Source: Oopsacas minuta (Eukaryota > Animalia > Porifera). Taken from it: DNA of 64,000 bases. The notes under the pieces are model-generated. The model had not been told where the DNA came from, ran no database searches, and saw nothing but the letters and a program-made list of their open reading frames with translations. The position numbers and the translations under genes were made by a program. Below are positions 1-10,816 of this stretch, piece by piece. The stretch lies in assembly GCA_024704765.1 (NCBI GenBank), contig JAKMXF010000310.1, positions 620,001 to 684,000 on the forward strand. Direction: 5' to 3'. How positions within the stretch are numbered: the stretch's first letter is position 1; each line of letters opens with the position of its first letter.

Positions 1-560
1 TACATACTGTGATCTTTCCTTGAAAACTGACAAACAAACAGACAAACAACAATTGAGATTTAATAATTTAGATTATAACAATTTCCAAGAGATATATCTG
101 TAACCAAGGGGTTAATAAAACAAAACAACAAATATTGACAATACGTAATTGAAGAAATAATATTTAGAATCGGCATACTCAATTTATTACAACAACAAAT
201 ATTCACAACACATAGTTGAAATATCATATTCGGAATCAGCGTACTTAATAACCACTATATGTCTGTTGAGGCCAAGTCGCTAAGTATATTTTCGACATTT
301 CAATTATTTGTTTACTTTATATTCATAAAAACAACAAGTAAATTTACATGTGATTAATTCGAAAGTGTGAAAATCGGAATGAGCATACTCGATTACCCCA
401 ATGTAGTTGTTAACCTTTCCTATATCGTTAACAAAAGGATATGTTATTCCCTGTATTATATACTCAGGTCATCTTCCCTATCATTATAATATAAGGTGGA
501 CAACAAACAAACAAACAAACACGCACATCCACAATAATTGAGTTTTAATAAAATAGATTT
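1..560 (+). repeat. Clustered fragments of a dispersed non-autonomous repeat family (possibly Helitron-like)
   Basis: Blocks such as GTTTACTTTATATTCATAAAA..AAATTTACAT.TGATTAAT..AAAGTGTGAAAATCGGA and (CAAA)n..AATTGAGATTTAAT recur at 4860-5310 (same strand) and at 19225-19620 and 47730-47940 (opposite strand). Class assignment is a guess. Confidence 0.65.
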
Positions 561-633
561 GTTAGGTTAAGGAAAATCGAATATTAATAAAATGACTTCA
601 AAGTTTAAATATAACTAACAACTGAATTTTGTA

Positions 634-3600
634 TTATATTCGATTCAATTCATTATTCAACTTGTTTAGATTGTATAAATGAGGCTCAAATGTGTGTCCA
701 CTATTGACTAGATTATCAAAATAGATTCTTCTCTTCTTTACAGAAAAACTCTTAGATGTTAGGAACTGTTCTCGAATAGCCTTCCCACCGAACTGGATCA
801 ATCTCCGTTTAATCTGCCTGCAATATTCAAACACTTTCAGCTTGACTTCTTTATGTTTCTTCGGAATATTCTCTTTCGCGTATAATTTAACTGCTGTGAT
901 TATCGGGAATATATGAATACAATTCTTGATAAATGTATCCAAATCTCCAAGAACACGAGTAGTAAGAGCAGCTAGTTTGGGCAGGTTTAACGAAAGGCAG
1001 CTGACCTCTGCGATTATCTCCTTAGTAAGAGATAAATGTACTAACTCTATGAGTTCTATAATCGTACCAGAAGGTGTTACAAAGGTTGTGGAGATCTCTT
1101 CATCACGATTTCCCTGCAAAATTGAGAATTTTATGTAACAAGGGAGTCCATAGAGAATATAGAGCAATGTCTGCCCCCAATCACTACCCAGGGGGATTTC
1201 TTTTTGTCCCACACTTAAGTGTTGATCATCTAAAGTGAATCGATTCACTGACCTCGTCACAATCATAAACTTGGAGGTCGGCTCAATAGGAAACCGATGA
1301 ATATCTAATGTCCCGTAAGTGAAAGAAAGGAATTTAAGTCGTCGTGGATTATGTTCAACATTTGAAATGTAGTGTCTACATACAGGTGATTCCATTTCAA
1401 TGTTTTTTATTATTTCAATCTGTTTGTCTTTGAAATCATCGGGGTCAGGACCCATCATGTGATTACCTCTGTAATCCTTTCCTTCTAGAGTTATCTTTGG
1501 AGCCTGCAGACAGATACACCGCAAATATTTCTTCATTATCTCGTTAAGACTTGTTACTTCCGAAGGAAGAGAATCTATAAATAGCACTGAAGAATCATTA
1601 GAGACTGAATTTGCATCAACACCTACTCTACTATTATCCTTCAGATGCGTAACAACATCAATTGGATCGAAATATTGGAAGGGAGAGTTTGGAAATAGAA
1701 TAAGAGATCCACTATGTCTCCCTATCCAACTAACTTCATGTCTAGATCCTGTAGCACCTTTGGAAGAGAAACCATCGAACCTATCTCTGTCCCAGAAATC
1801 AACTTGTACACCCAGTAATTCGAATAGTCTTTGCCAGAGTACGAACTCCTTTCTTGAAATAGATTTATCAGTTACGAACAGAATATCAGCTGGTGGATGT
1901 GAAGGGATATAAAAGGGTATGACACGAATAAAATGCTGGCGATACTCAATCAGTTTTCCTCTCAAGATAAGATCTACTTGCACTGGACATCTGTCAAACA
2001 ACTCGGCAGTATTCGACAAGGCAACATTGAAAGTGACAGTAATTTTGCTAGCAGATTGTATTTGAATTACATCTACATAGAAGCTATTTGGCACATTGGG
2101 GTCATAATGTATTCTGTATGGACAGCTCGAATCTTCTGTTACTATCGCGAAAGGTAGCAGCCTCTTATCAAAATGAACTCTCAAAGCTATTTCTCCACCT
2201 GATTGAGGGTAGTTACCATAATGTATCGTTGATATGTTAGTCAAAGTAATATGAATACTAGCTTGTTCACCTCTACACATATTCTCCGGTATACCAATAT
2301 TATCTACTTTTACTGGATATTGTACGATGAGTCTATGGATTGTTTTTGCACTGTCGAAAGGTCGTCCTAAGAGATCAACTCTGGTCTCAAAGAATGCCTC
2401 ACCCAAATACGGCCCCTCAGAATTCGGCGGTGGAACATCAAATACTCTACCAACATATTCTTGAGTAATGGCCATTGTTTGTTGTGGAGGCAGAATTGGA
2501 AGTGTGACTGTTGTTGGATGGAATTTTACAGTTGAAGTTGACACCATAGATACTATTGCCCCTTCAGGTAATGTCATGCAACCAATATTCTGTAAGGTTA
2601 ACTTGTCTATTGTGATTTGCTCGTTAGGCTCAAATATCCCATCGTCTACTGCTGATCTAACATTGAGTGATTGAGCATCCACTTTAACATGATATCTGTA
2701 ACCAGATTGTTCAATAACAGTTTGACCATCCAGGCTAAGGAGTACGAACAATAAACTTCCATCACGCCCCTTAGCTCCGTTATTGCCAGGCGGCCCATTT
2801 TGACCTTGGTACCCGGGAAAACCACTCGACCCCCTTGATCCTGAAAACCCAGATGAACCGCTAGGATTTCCACTACCTCCGAAACCCCCACTACCCCCAT
2901 GTCCCCCACTCCCTCCATCCCCACCATCCCCTCCAAACCCAGAGTGTCCACCCTTTCCAGGTTCTCCTGCATTTACTGCTACTTCGACTAGATGTAGCAG
3001 CTTAGGGTCACTAGAGTGGACGATACAATGACCTCCATTTCCAGAATTCGCTGCATCACCACCTCTTCCACCATTCCCGCCTATACCTCCTTGACCACCG
3101 TCACCTCCCCTACCCCCATTTCCGCCACTTCCTCCACTACTATTATCACTCCCACTGCTTCCACTGCCCCCACTTCCACCATGCCCCCCATGTCCTCCTG
3201 TCCCTCCTTTCCCACCCTGACCTCCAGGACCGCCATGACCTCCATGCCCACCAGTACAGTCCACACATAGAATGTACTCGCTACTCTCACCACCTAAATT
3301 TACACAATCTTCTAGTGTTCCGTTTATATTCAGATTTTCAGGTTGTCCAGATATGTATAATGAGAGGTCTGAACCATTAGTCCCATGAGTTCCTGGAGCT
3401 CCATCTGTTCCCGGATACCCTGGACCCCCAGTTCCACCTGGGCCTCCCGGGTATCCTGACCCTCCGCTGAAACCAGACGCACCATGCGATCCATGATGGC
3501 CTAATTCTCCCATTATTCCCATCTGCCCACTAGGCCCGTGCATTCCATCGATTCCTTTCGCTACTATCCATGCTCCCCATCTCTCTTTCTTGCTCACAGC

Positions 3601-4554
3601 TTTATCAACGTGATATGAGACAGTGGAGCTAGTCTCGTCGCCCCGTGGGACTTCTGGCTCTAACCGATCCGCTCCGTATATCAGCTGACGACATTCCAAT
3701 TGCAAAGGTGTTTGTTTGGCTGGCCTTGGATCTTCATAGAAAGTTTGTTGTTGAATGTGATCGATGAAAATCCGCGATTTTAAGACAGGATCCCATAGCT
3801 CTTGCTGTCCAGGTTGCAGATCTACCTCTAAGTCGAATCCAATGCTAATCAGAACATGTACTGCTTGTCCAATTGGAGGTAGAAAAGTATCATGAAGCTG
3901 TCTGTTCGTTATCAGTTTTCCTTCCTGTAGCATTCTCAAAGGTTCAGTTAACATCTTTTTATCATGTTGCTCTGTTTGGTATGAAGGTACCTTCATGTAC
4001 ACGTTTAAATCCCTTTCAGTGTATTTAGGTAGTTCCTTATCTGGGTTGGTGGAAGGTGTCTGTTGAATTGAATTGCTGATGTCTGCAGCCGTTTGTAAGG
4101 GATCGATTGCGTGTGTTATGTCCCAAATACCAGCCCACTGTTGCTCCATCTTTCTCTCTTCAACCCCTAGGATTGGAGAGAAGAGACCGCGCCCTGTAGC
4201 ACCTAGACAAGCCATCAACCATCTCTGTTGTGTTATGTCTTTCATTTTGAAAGTAGTTGACGATTTTTCTAATTTACAAGTGACGGTTATTCCCAGGAAT
4301 TTATCTGGCTCATGAGGATTGTTGTCAACGAATTCTACTAATACATTTTCGTTCTCACCATGTGTAAGCGTGAATAGATTTTGAAAATTTTCATCTCCAT
4401 TGTCTACAACTTGAAAGGGAGGTTCAACATTAACTTTTCGGATGATAGTGATCCTAGCATTTTTCCATCTTTTCAGGATCTTACTCTTACGTTGGCAATA
4501 ACAGGAGTACTCTCGTACAATTCCAGGTATTAGAACTGGTACATTTTCGCCCAT
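634..4554 (-). CDS. 1306-aa intronless protein: PH-like N-terminus, WW-like domain, three Gly-X-X/GGX tracts, beta-rich and alpha/beta C-terminal region
   Basis: Uninterrupted 3921-nt ORF with ATG in good context. PH-like pattern (CQRKSKILKRWKNARITI ... TTFKMKDITQQRWLMACL), WW-like LQPGQQELWDPVLKSRIFIDHIQQQTFYEDPR, Gly-rich region at nt 2758-3555. No signal peptide. Confidence 0.85.
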   Translation of the reverse strand: MGENVPVLIPGIVREYSCYCQRKSKILKRWKNARITIIRKVNVEPPFQVVDNGDENFQNLFTLTHGENENVLVEFVDNNPHEPDKFLGITVTCKLEKSSTTFKMKDITQQRWLMACLGATGRGLFSPILGVEERKMEQQWAGIWDITHAIDPLQTAADISNSIQQTPSTNPDKELPKYTERDLNVYMKVPSYQTEQHDKKMLTEPLRMLQEGKLITNRQLHDTFLPPIGQAVHVLISIGFDLEVDLQPGQQELWDPVLKSRIFIDHIQQQTFYEDPRPAKQTPLQLECRQLIYGADRLEPEVPRGDETSSTVSYHVDKAVSKKERWGAWIVAKGIDGMHGPSGQMGIMGELGHHGSHGASGFSGGSGYPGGPGGTGGPGYPGTDGAPGTHGTNGSDLSLYISGQPENLNINGTLEDCVNLGGESSEYILCVDCTGGHGGHGGPGGQGGKGGTGGHGGHGGSGGSGSSGSDNSSGGSGGNGGRGGDGGQGGIGGNGGRGGDAANSGNGGHCIVHSSDPKLLHLVEVAVNAGEPGKGGHSGFGGDGGDGGSGGHGGSGGFGGSGNPSGSSGFSGSRGSSGFPGYQGQNGPPGNNGAKGRDGSLLFVLLSLDGQTVIEQSGYRYHVKVDAQSLNVRSAVDDGIFEPNEQITIDKLTLQNIGCMTLPEGAIVSMVSTSTVKFHPTTVTLPILPPQQTMAITQEYVGRVFDVPPPNSEGPYLGEAFFETRVDLLGRPFDSAKTIHRLIVQYPVKVDNIGIPENMCRGEQASIHITLTNISTIHYGNYPQSGGEIALRVHFDKRLLPFAIVTEDSSCPYRIHYDPNVPNSFYVDVIQIQSASKITVTFNVALSNTAELFDRCPVQVDLILRGKLIEYRQHFIRVIPFYIPSHPPADILFVTDKSISRKEFVLWQRLFELLGVQVDFWDRDRFDGFSSKGATGSRHEVSWIGRHSGSLILFPNSPFQYFDPIDVVTHLKDNSRVGVDANSVSNDSSVLFIDSLPSEVTSLNEIMKKYLRCICLQAPKITLEGKDYRGNHMMGPDPDDFKDKQIEIIKNIEMESPVCRHYISNVEHNPRRLKFLSFTYGTLDIHRFPIEPTSKFMIVTRSVNRFTLDDQHLSVGQKEIPLGSDWGQTLLYILYGLPCYIKFSILQGNRDEEISTTFVTPSGTIIELIELVHLSLTKEIIAEVSCLSLNLPKLAALTTRVLGDLDTFIKNCIHIFPIITAVKLYAKENIPKKHKEVKLKVFEYCRQIKRRLIQFGGKAIREQFLTSKSFSVKKRRIYFDNLVNSGHTFEPHLYNLNKLNNELNRI

Positions 4555-4859
4555 GTCTTCAAGGATATTTTTATCAATCTATTCTACAAGTACTTTATAC
4601 TTGGAACTACTTGGGCATATATTGATAACATTATCTCAGCGCAGAAATATTTATCACTGTAATTTGAATCCATATACAATGCAGCCATATCACACTCTAT
4701 ATCTACTTGAGAAATACATGTGACTTTTACTATTCTATTTTTAAAAGAAATAGTTATAATTTTCTAAATACGAGTGCTTCGCTTGCGAGCCCTCGCATGT
4801 AACTCTGCACTTCGTGCCGCGACTTTTAACAATTATCATGTACTTATCTGCACTTTGAA

Positions 4860-5310
4860 AGTTCGAAATTCGGAATCAGCGAACTTGATTACCCTGTATA
4901 ATCTTTGAGACCAAGTTCCTATGACAATTTAGAATTGTTTACTTTATGCACCTAAACTATAACTAATCTATCGTATTCACAATAAGCTGTTGGATGATAT
5001 CATATTTGTAATAAGTGCTCTCCATTGGTATAACCGTTTGAAACCAAGTTTCTGGAACTATTAAAAGATTTGTTTACTTTATATTCATAAAACAACAATA
5101 AATTTACATATGATTAATCCAAAAGTGTGAAAATCGGATTTAGAATGTTCGATATATTTAGTAAAGTTTTATTGAATTATATTTACTTTCTTGATAAACA
5201 CGATAATTACATAGTTATGCGAAAATTTTAAAATTGCATACCGTAAATCCTTTCCTTAACAACGGACAAACAAACAGATAAACACAATTGATATTTTAAA
5301 CTATAGATAT
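4860..5310 (+). repeat. Copy of the dispersed repeat family seen at 1-560
   Basis: TTCGGAATCAGC.A.CTT.AT.ACC and GTTTACTTTATATTCATAAAACAACAA blocks match 225-380; ends in CAAACAAACAGA..AATTGATATTTTAA. Confidence 0.65.
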
Positions 5311-5599
5311 ATAATTATCACGAAGAATCCGTAGGGTTCTCTTTGGGGGAGGATCCCCATTTTGCGTAATTTGTAAGAAATTTTGGCGGCGGCCCTCCAA
5401 ATTTGGGGCACCCCCAATCTTTATTACCTGGGTCGAAGTCGATGAATGAGAGCAAAAAAAGTTCTGTTTCTGGCCGTTTTTTTATCTAAATTGAGGGTAA
5501 ATTCTAATGCAATTACATAATTAAAGTTTAGTAATTTAACTTTGTAGATGAAAGTACGTATCTCATTTGTTTCTCAGTTTATTCTACAAAGCCCTTACT

Positions 5600-5797
5600 C
5601 ATACTTGCCAACTGTCTCGTTTTTTAGGACATGTATTGAGGGCCAATGAGGCTAATGTCCCGCCAAAACTTTCCCGAAACCTTAATTGTCCCGCTTTTTC
5701 GCAGTCCAAGCTAATGTAAATATGCTACCTCTCGCGATGTCCCGCGCTAAATTTGTACCTTCAGTCCAGCATTTCTTCACCCAGGTGGGTAAGTATG
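5600..5797. mobile_element. 198-bp MITE of a 6-bp-TSD family
   Basis: TIRs CATACTTGCCAAC / GTGGGTAAGTATG (11/13 match); exact direct repeat CTTACT at 5594-5599 and 5798-5803. Confidence 0.75.
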
Positions 5798-5980
5798 CTT
5801 ACTACTTAATCTACTCAAACTGTATAATATTATTTATGTAAATAATTATTTATTGCAGGCAGGGGGTTAATATATGCAATAACGTCATTTGAGCTCTGTT
5901 GCATAGGATTTTGACCCGCAATACAAAATCCCAATAGCATATCCATGGTGCGGGTCAAAATCCTACGATGTAATATGTGC

Positions 5981-6083
5981 GTAGGATTTTGACCCGCATC
6001 AAAATGTATTATTGTCGTAGGATTCTGACCCGCATCAAAATGTATTATTGTCGTAGGATTTTGACCCGCATCAAAATGTATTA
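5981..6083 (+). repeat. Subterminal tandem repeat, about 3 x 36 bp, containing the Ginger TIR core
   Basis: Unit GTAGGATTTTGACCCGCATCAAAATGTATTATTGTC starts at 5981, 6017 and 6053; an inverted core copy lies at about 5950-5967. Confidence 0.9.
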
Positions 6084-8415
6084 TAGCTCTACGTATACGT
6101 ACGTAACTGAATAAACAAGTCAAATTAGAGTTGGATTCTAGAAATTAGTGAATTTGTTTGATAACATGTAAACTATATCCCCACTACGTATAACAAATTT
6201 ACAATATGTATAATTATCCAAAATGCCAAAAATGGACAGTGTATATAAATATTTTGTAATAATATTACTTGAACAGAAGGTGGTAGGTATTTGATAATTG
6301 TATTTAATAACTCATAATAAATAATATAATTTAACATGTCAATCTATATATTGCAATATATTCTATCAAATATTCTGTGTACCAATTACCGCCTGATACA
6401 GCGAGTTTCTCCTTAATCTCAAAATTTAGTTCGTTGGGTGGATGGTAAGAATATAATAAATTCAATGTTAGAGATACAGCTTTGTAGCGAGTTTCTCATG
6501 TAGTTGGGTTAAGTATGTGTTATTGACAAGGACTTATAGTATTCGAGGTTTCAATTGAAGTAGCTCAGAGTCGATATTTTCATAGATTGAGTGTTGTTGC
6601 GGTGTTTCAAATGTTTCTTCCATGGTATCCAGGCTCAATATATCATCCAATGAATCTAAATACATAATAAATAAGTGAAATGTAGGATTGCTATTATTAA
6701 TCGAATCAAAACAGAACACAACTAGTTTTATATGTACGTAATCATGGGCTGAGTCAATTAGTTATAGTTCAGTACAATATTGTCTCGCTAATATATTTAC
6801 CGCTAGATGGGAATTTGCAAGGTCTTTGGACTTCTTTGATTTGCCTGTCTTCGTTCGAACCTGCCTTTTTTCGTTTTTGCGAGAATGACATTTTCGTGAT
6901 AGATGGATAGGTAATTTGGTTGTTTTGCTATCTGGGTCTTTGCGAGCAACCAGGTGGCTTGGTTTATCTTTCTCTATCGTATATGATCCCAAATATTTCA
7001 TTGCATCTTTTGTTCCTGGGAGTCGCTTGGCTTTCTTTATATTATGTACAAGTACTTCATCTCCTTCCACAAATTCTGATCAAAGTTAAAACAATGATTG
7101 TACAAAGAATTATAATCTGCCAATTACGTACAGTTTGCAATGATGCTAATTTTATAACTAAAAGTAGGTGTTTTGGATTTTAAGAATTAATATAATTGAG
7201 GAAACAAGAAATTAGTTCCGATTCAAGACTATTTCATATTTACCTGATTATACAACAGTTAGTTTCAATATTTTGTTGTGTGACTCAACAAGTCCGTTAC
7301 TTTGTGAGTGGTATGCTGTGGTTCTTCTGGTGTTGACATTTATCTTGTGAAATTCTTGAAATTCCTATTTTGAAAGTAAATAAGAGAACGATAACAATCT
7401 ACTAAGCGCATGTATTTAGTCTTGTACAACAATAGTTAGAAAGATATAATGATTAATAAGGTAAAATTTCCTCCTGAAGGTAGTAGCATTAATTCGGAAA
7501 TTCTTATTTATTAGTATTTAACATAAATTATAATCCAATTTTCCACACGGTTACTTAAATATAGCCATCAGGACGCATAATATCCTACCAGGGTATATAT
7601 TGAAGTAATGCGCTGATAATTGACAATGCAACATGTTACGTACGTATATCCAATATAGTAAGTTGTATTGTGTATCGGGAATAATTTACTTGGTGTATTT
7701 ACAATTACTAATCTCGAGTATGTAAAAAATATGAGTTACCTTGCTTGAAAATTCTGTTCCCTGATCATGTTGGAGGATGTTAGGTACGCCGAATGAGAAA
7801 TAAATTTCCTGTAAACAATCCAATATTTCTTTAGAAGTTTTAGTCTTGAGTGGTCGGGCAATTACAAATTTACTCAGGTAACACACGATAACAAGAATGT
7901 GCAGAAATCCAAGTACAGTGCGGGACATATTGCATACAAGGTCAATTCCACAATGACACCATGGTTCTTCAGGAGGAGGAATAGGTTGAAGCTCTCGTTG
8001 TGACTGAGGAGGTAGAGCAGCAGAGGTTTGACAGTGATGGCAAGTTCGGATCTAGAACGGGAAATGATTTAATTGTCAGTTTGTAGTCCAGTCTAATGTA
8101 ATTTGCTACGTTCCAGATGTTCCACTAAATTAGCATTCCGTCCCGCTTTTTCTTCACTCAGGTTGGCAAATATGTTTATGTGAAATACTTCCACTACCTA
8201 TCCCAATTACTAACTACCGCAAGGATCATTAGTTATTAGATATATGGTTGGTTGGTTGTACCGCATAAATAGATTTCCATATGATAAATTGTATACCGGT
8301 ATACTAAATATCATCAGATCGCACAATTTGAATTTTACAATCGCACAAATAAAGCTGTATACAGTAGAATAATTACAAAGTGAATAACCTCAAACTATAA
8401 AATACATTCTGTTCT

Positions 8416-10816
8416 CAGACTTATCAACCCCTTTTGCAATTTTCCTTGGATTTCACGATATTTCCCCGATTACACACGAAAATATCAAGAAATATAGAAA
8501 AATATAGAAAAAATTTAGAAAAATATAGCAAAAATTGAGAAAAATTAAGAAAAATATAGAAAAAATATAGAAAAAAATAGAAAAAATATAGAAAAATATA
8601 GCAAAAATTTAGAAAAATTAAGCAAAAATATAGAAAAAATATAGAAAAAAATAGAAAAAATATAGAAAAATATAGGAAAATTTAGAAAAATTAAGCAAAA
8701 ATATAGAAAAATATAGAAAAAATAGAAAAATATAGCAAAAATTTAGAAAAATAGAAAAAATATAGAAAAATATAGAAAAAATTAGAAAAATATAGGAAAA
8801 TTTAGAAAAATATAGCAAAAATTTAGAAAAATTAAGCAAAAATATAGAAAAAATATAGAAAAAATATAGAAAAATATAGAAAAAATTCAGAAAAATATAG
8901 AAAAAATATAGAAATTATAGAAAAAATTTAGAAAAATACAGCAAAAATTTAGAAAAATTAAGCAAAAATATAGAAAAATATAGACAAAATTTAGAAAAAT
9001 ATAGAAAAAATATAGAAATTATAGAAAAAATTTAGAAAAATACAGCAAAAATTTAGAAAAATTAAGCAAAAATATAGAAAAAATATAGAAAAAATATAGA
9101 AAAATATAGGAAAATTTAGAAAATTAAGCAAAAATATAGAAAAATATAGAAAAAATAGAAAAATATAGCAAAAATTTAGAAAAATTAAGCAAAAATATAG
9201 AAAAAATATAGAAAAAAATAGAAAAAATATGGAAAAAATATAGAAAAATATAGCAAAATTTAGCAAAAATATAGAAAAAATTTAGAAAAATTAAGCAAAA
9301 ATATAGAAAAAATATAGAAAAAATATAGAAAAATATAGAAAAAAATAGAAAAAATATAGAAAAATATAGAAAAAATTAGAAAAATATAGGAAAATTTAGA
9401 AAAATATAGCAAAAATTTAGAAAAATTAAGCAAAAATATAGAAAAAATATAGAAAAAATATAGAAAAATATAGAAAAAATTCAGAAAAATATAGAAAAAA
9501 TATAGAAATTATAGAAAAAATTTAGAAAAATACAGCAAAAATTTAGAAAAATTAAGCAAAAATATAGAAAAAATATAGAAAAAAATAGAAAAAATATAGA
9601 AAAAATATAGAAAAATATAGCAAAATTTAGCAAAAATATAGAAAAAATTTAGAAAAATTAAGCAAAAATATAGAAAAAATATAGAAAAAATATAGAAAAA
9701 TATAGGAAAATTTAGAAAATTAAGCAAAAATATAGAAAAATATAGAAAAAATAGAAAAATATAGCAAAAATTTAGAAAAATTAAGCAAAAATATAGAAAA
9801 AATATAGAAAAAAATAGAAAAAATATAGAAAAAATATAGAAAAATATAGCAAAATTTAGCAAAAATATAGAAAAAATTTAGAAAAATTAAGCAAAAATAT
9901 AGAAAAAATATAGAAAAAATAGAAAAATATAGAAAAAAATAGAAAAAATATAGAAAAATATAGAAAAAATTAGAAAAATATAGGAAAATTTAGAAAAATA
10001 TAGCAAAAATTTAGAAAAATTAAGCAAAAATATAGAAAAAATATAGAAAAAATATAGAAAAATATAGAAAAAATTCAGAAAAATATAGAAAAAATATAGA
10101 AATTATAGAAAAAATTTAGAAAAATACAGCAAAAATTTAGAAAAATTAAGCAAAAATATAGAAAAATATAGACAAAATTTAGAAAAATATAGAAAAAATA
10201 TAGAAATTATAGAAAAAATTTAGAAAAATACAGCAAAAATTTAGAAAAATTAAGCAAAAATATAGAAAAAATATAGAAAAATATAGAAAAAAAAAAGAAA
10301 AAATATAGAAAAATATAGAAAAAATTAGAAAAATATAGGAAAATTTAGAAAAATATAGCAAAAATTTAGAAAAATTAAGCAAAAATATAGAAAAAATATA
10401 GAAAAAATATAGAAAAATATAGAAAAAATTCAGAAAAATATAGAAAAAATATAGAAATTATAGAAAAAATTTAGAAAAATACAGCAAAAATTTAGAAAAA
10501 TTAAGCAAAAATATAGAAAAAATATAGAAAAATATAGAAAAAAAAAAGAAAAAATATAGAAAAATATAGAAAAAATTAGAAAAATATAGGAAAATTTAGA
10601 AAAATATAGCAAAAATATAGAAAAATATAGCAAAAATTTAAAAAAATTAAGCAAAAATATAGAAAAAAATAGAAAAAATATAGAAAAAATATAGAAAAAT
10701 ATAGAAAAAATTTAGAAAAATATAGAAAAAATATAGCAAAATATAGCAAAATTTCCCCTGGATTTGAAGTGAAATCCCGGGGTTATCCAGGGATCCCTGG
10801 AGGGTTGGTAAGTCTG
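8416..10816. mobile_element. 2401-bp non-autonomous DNA element (6-bp TSD family) filled with a satellite, inside a Ginger intron
   Basis: TIRs CAGACTTATCAACCC / GGGTTGGTAAGTCTG (14/15); TSD TGTTCT at 8410-8415 and 10817-10822; both ends are homologous to the 88-bp element at 29667-29754. Confidence 0.75.
8489..10753 (+). repeat. A-rich satellite of about 10-12-bp units (AAAAATATAG, AAAAATTTAG, AAAAATTAAGC) with a 594-bp higher-order period
   Basis: Diagnostic variant TTCAG at 8886, 9480 and 10074 (594-bp spacing), then at 10429; TAGGAAAATTT variant at about 8793, 9387 and 9981. Confidence 0.95.

Noticed and set aside
2758-3555. Calling the 1306-aa protein a collagen or PE-PGRS protein
   Set aside because: It has no signal peptide, little Pro, interrupted GGX tracts and no PE domain.
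926-4315. Short ORFs overlapping the 1306-aa gene, and similar ones antisense to OPA1, WDR33, MATE, RPS24 and TRMT6
   Set aside because: These are shadow frames of real genes, including the poly-Cys ORF at 16042-16359 that arises from (GTT)13.
5981-6083. 36-bp repeats of CRISPR-like length (and ORF 5830-6123)
   Set aside because: The units are directly adjacent with no unique spacers, there are no cas genes, the context is eukaryotic, and the transposon subterminal repeats explain them.
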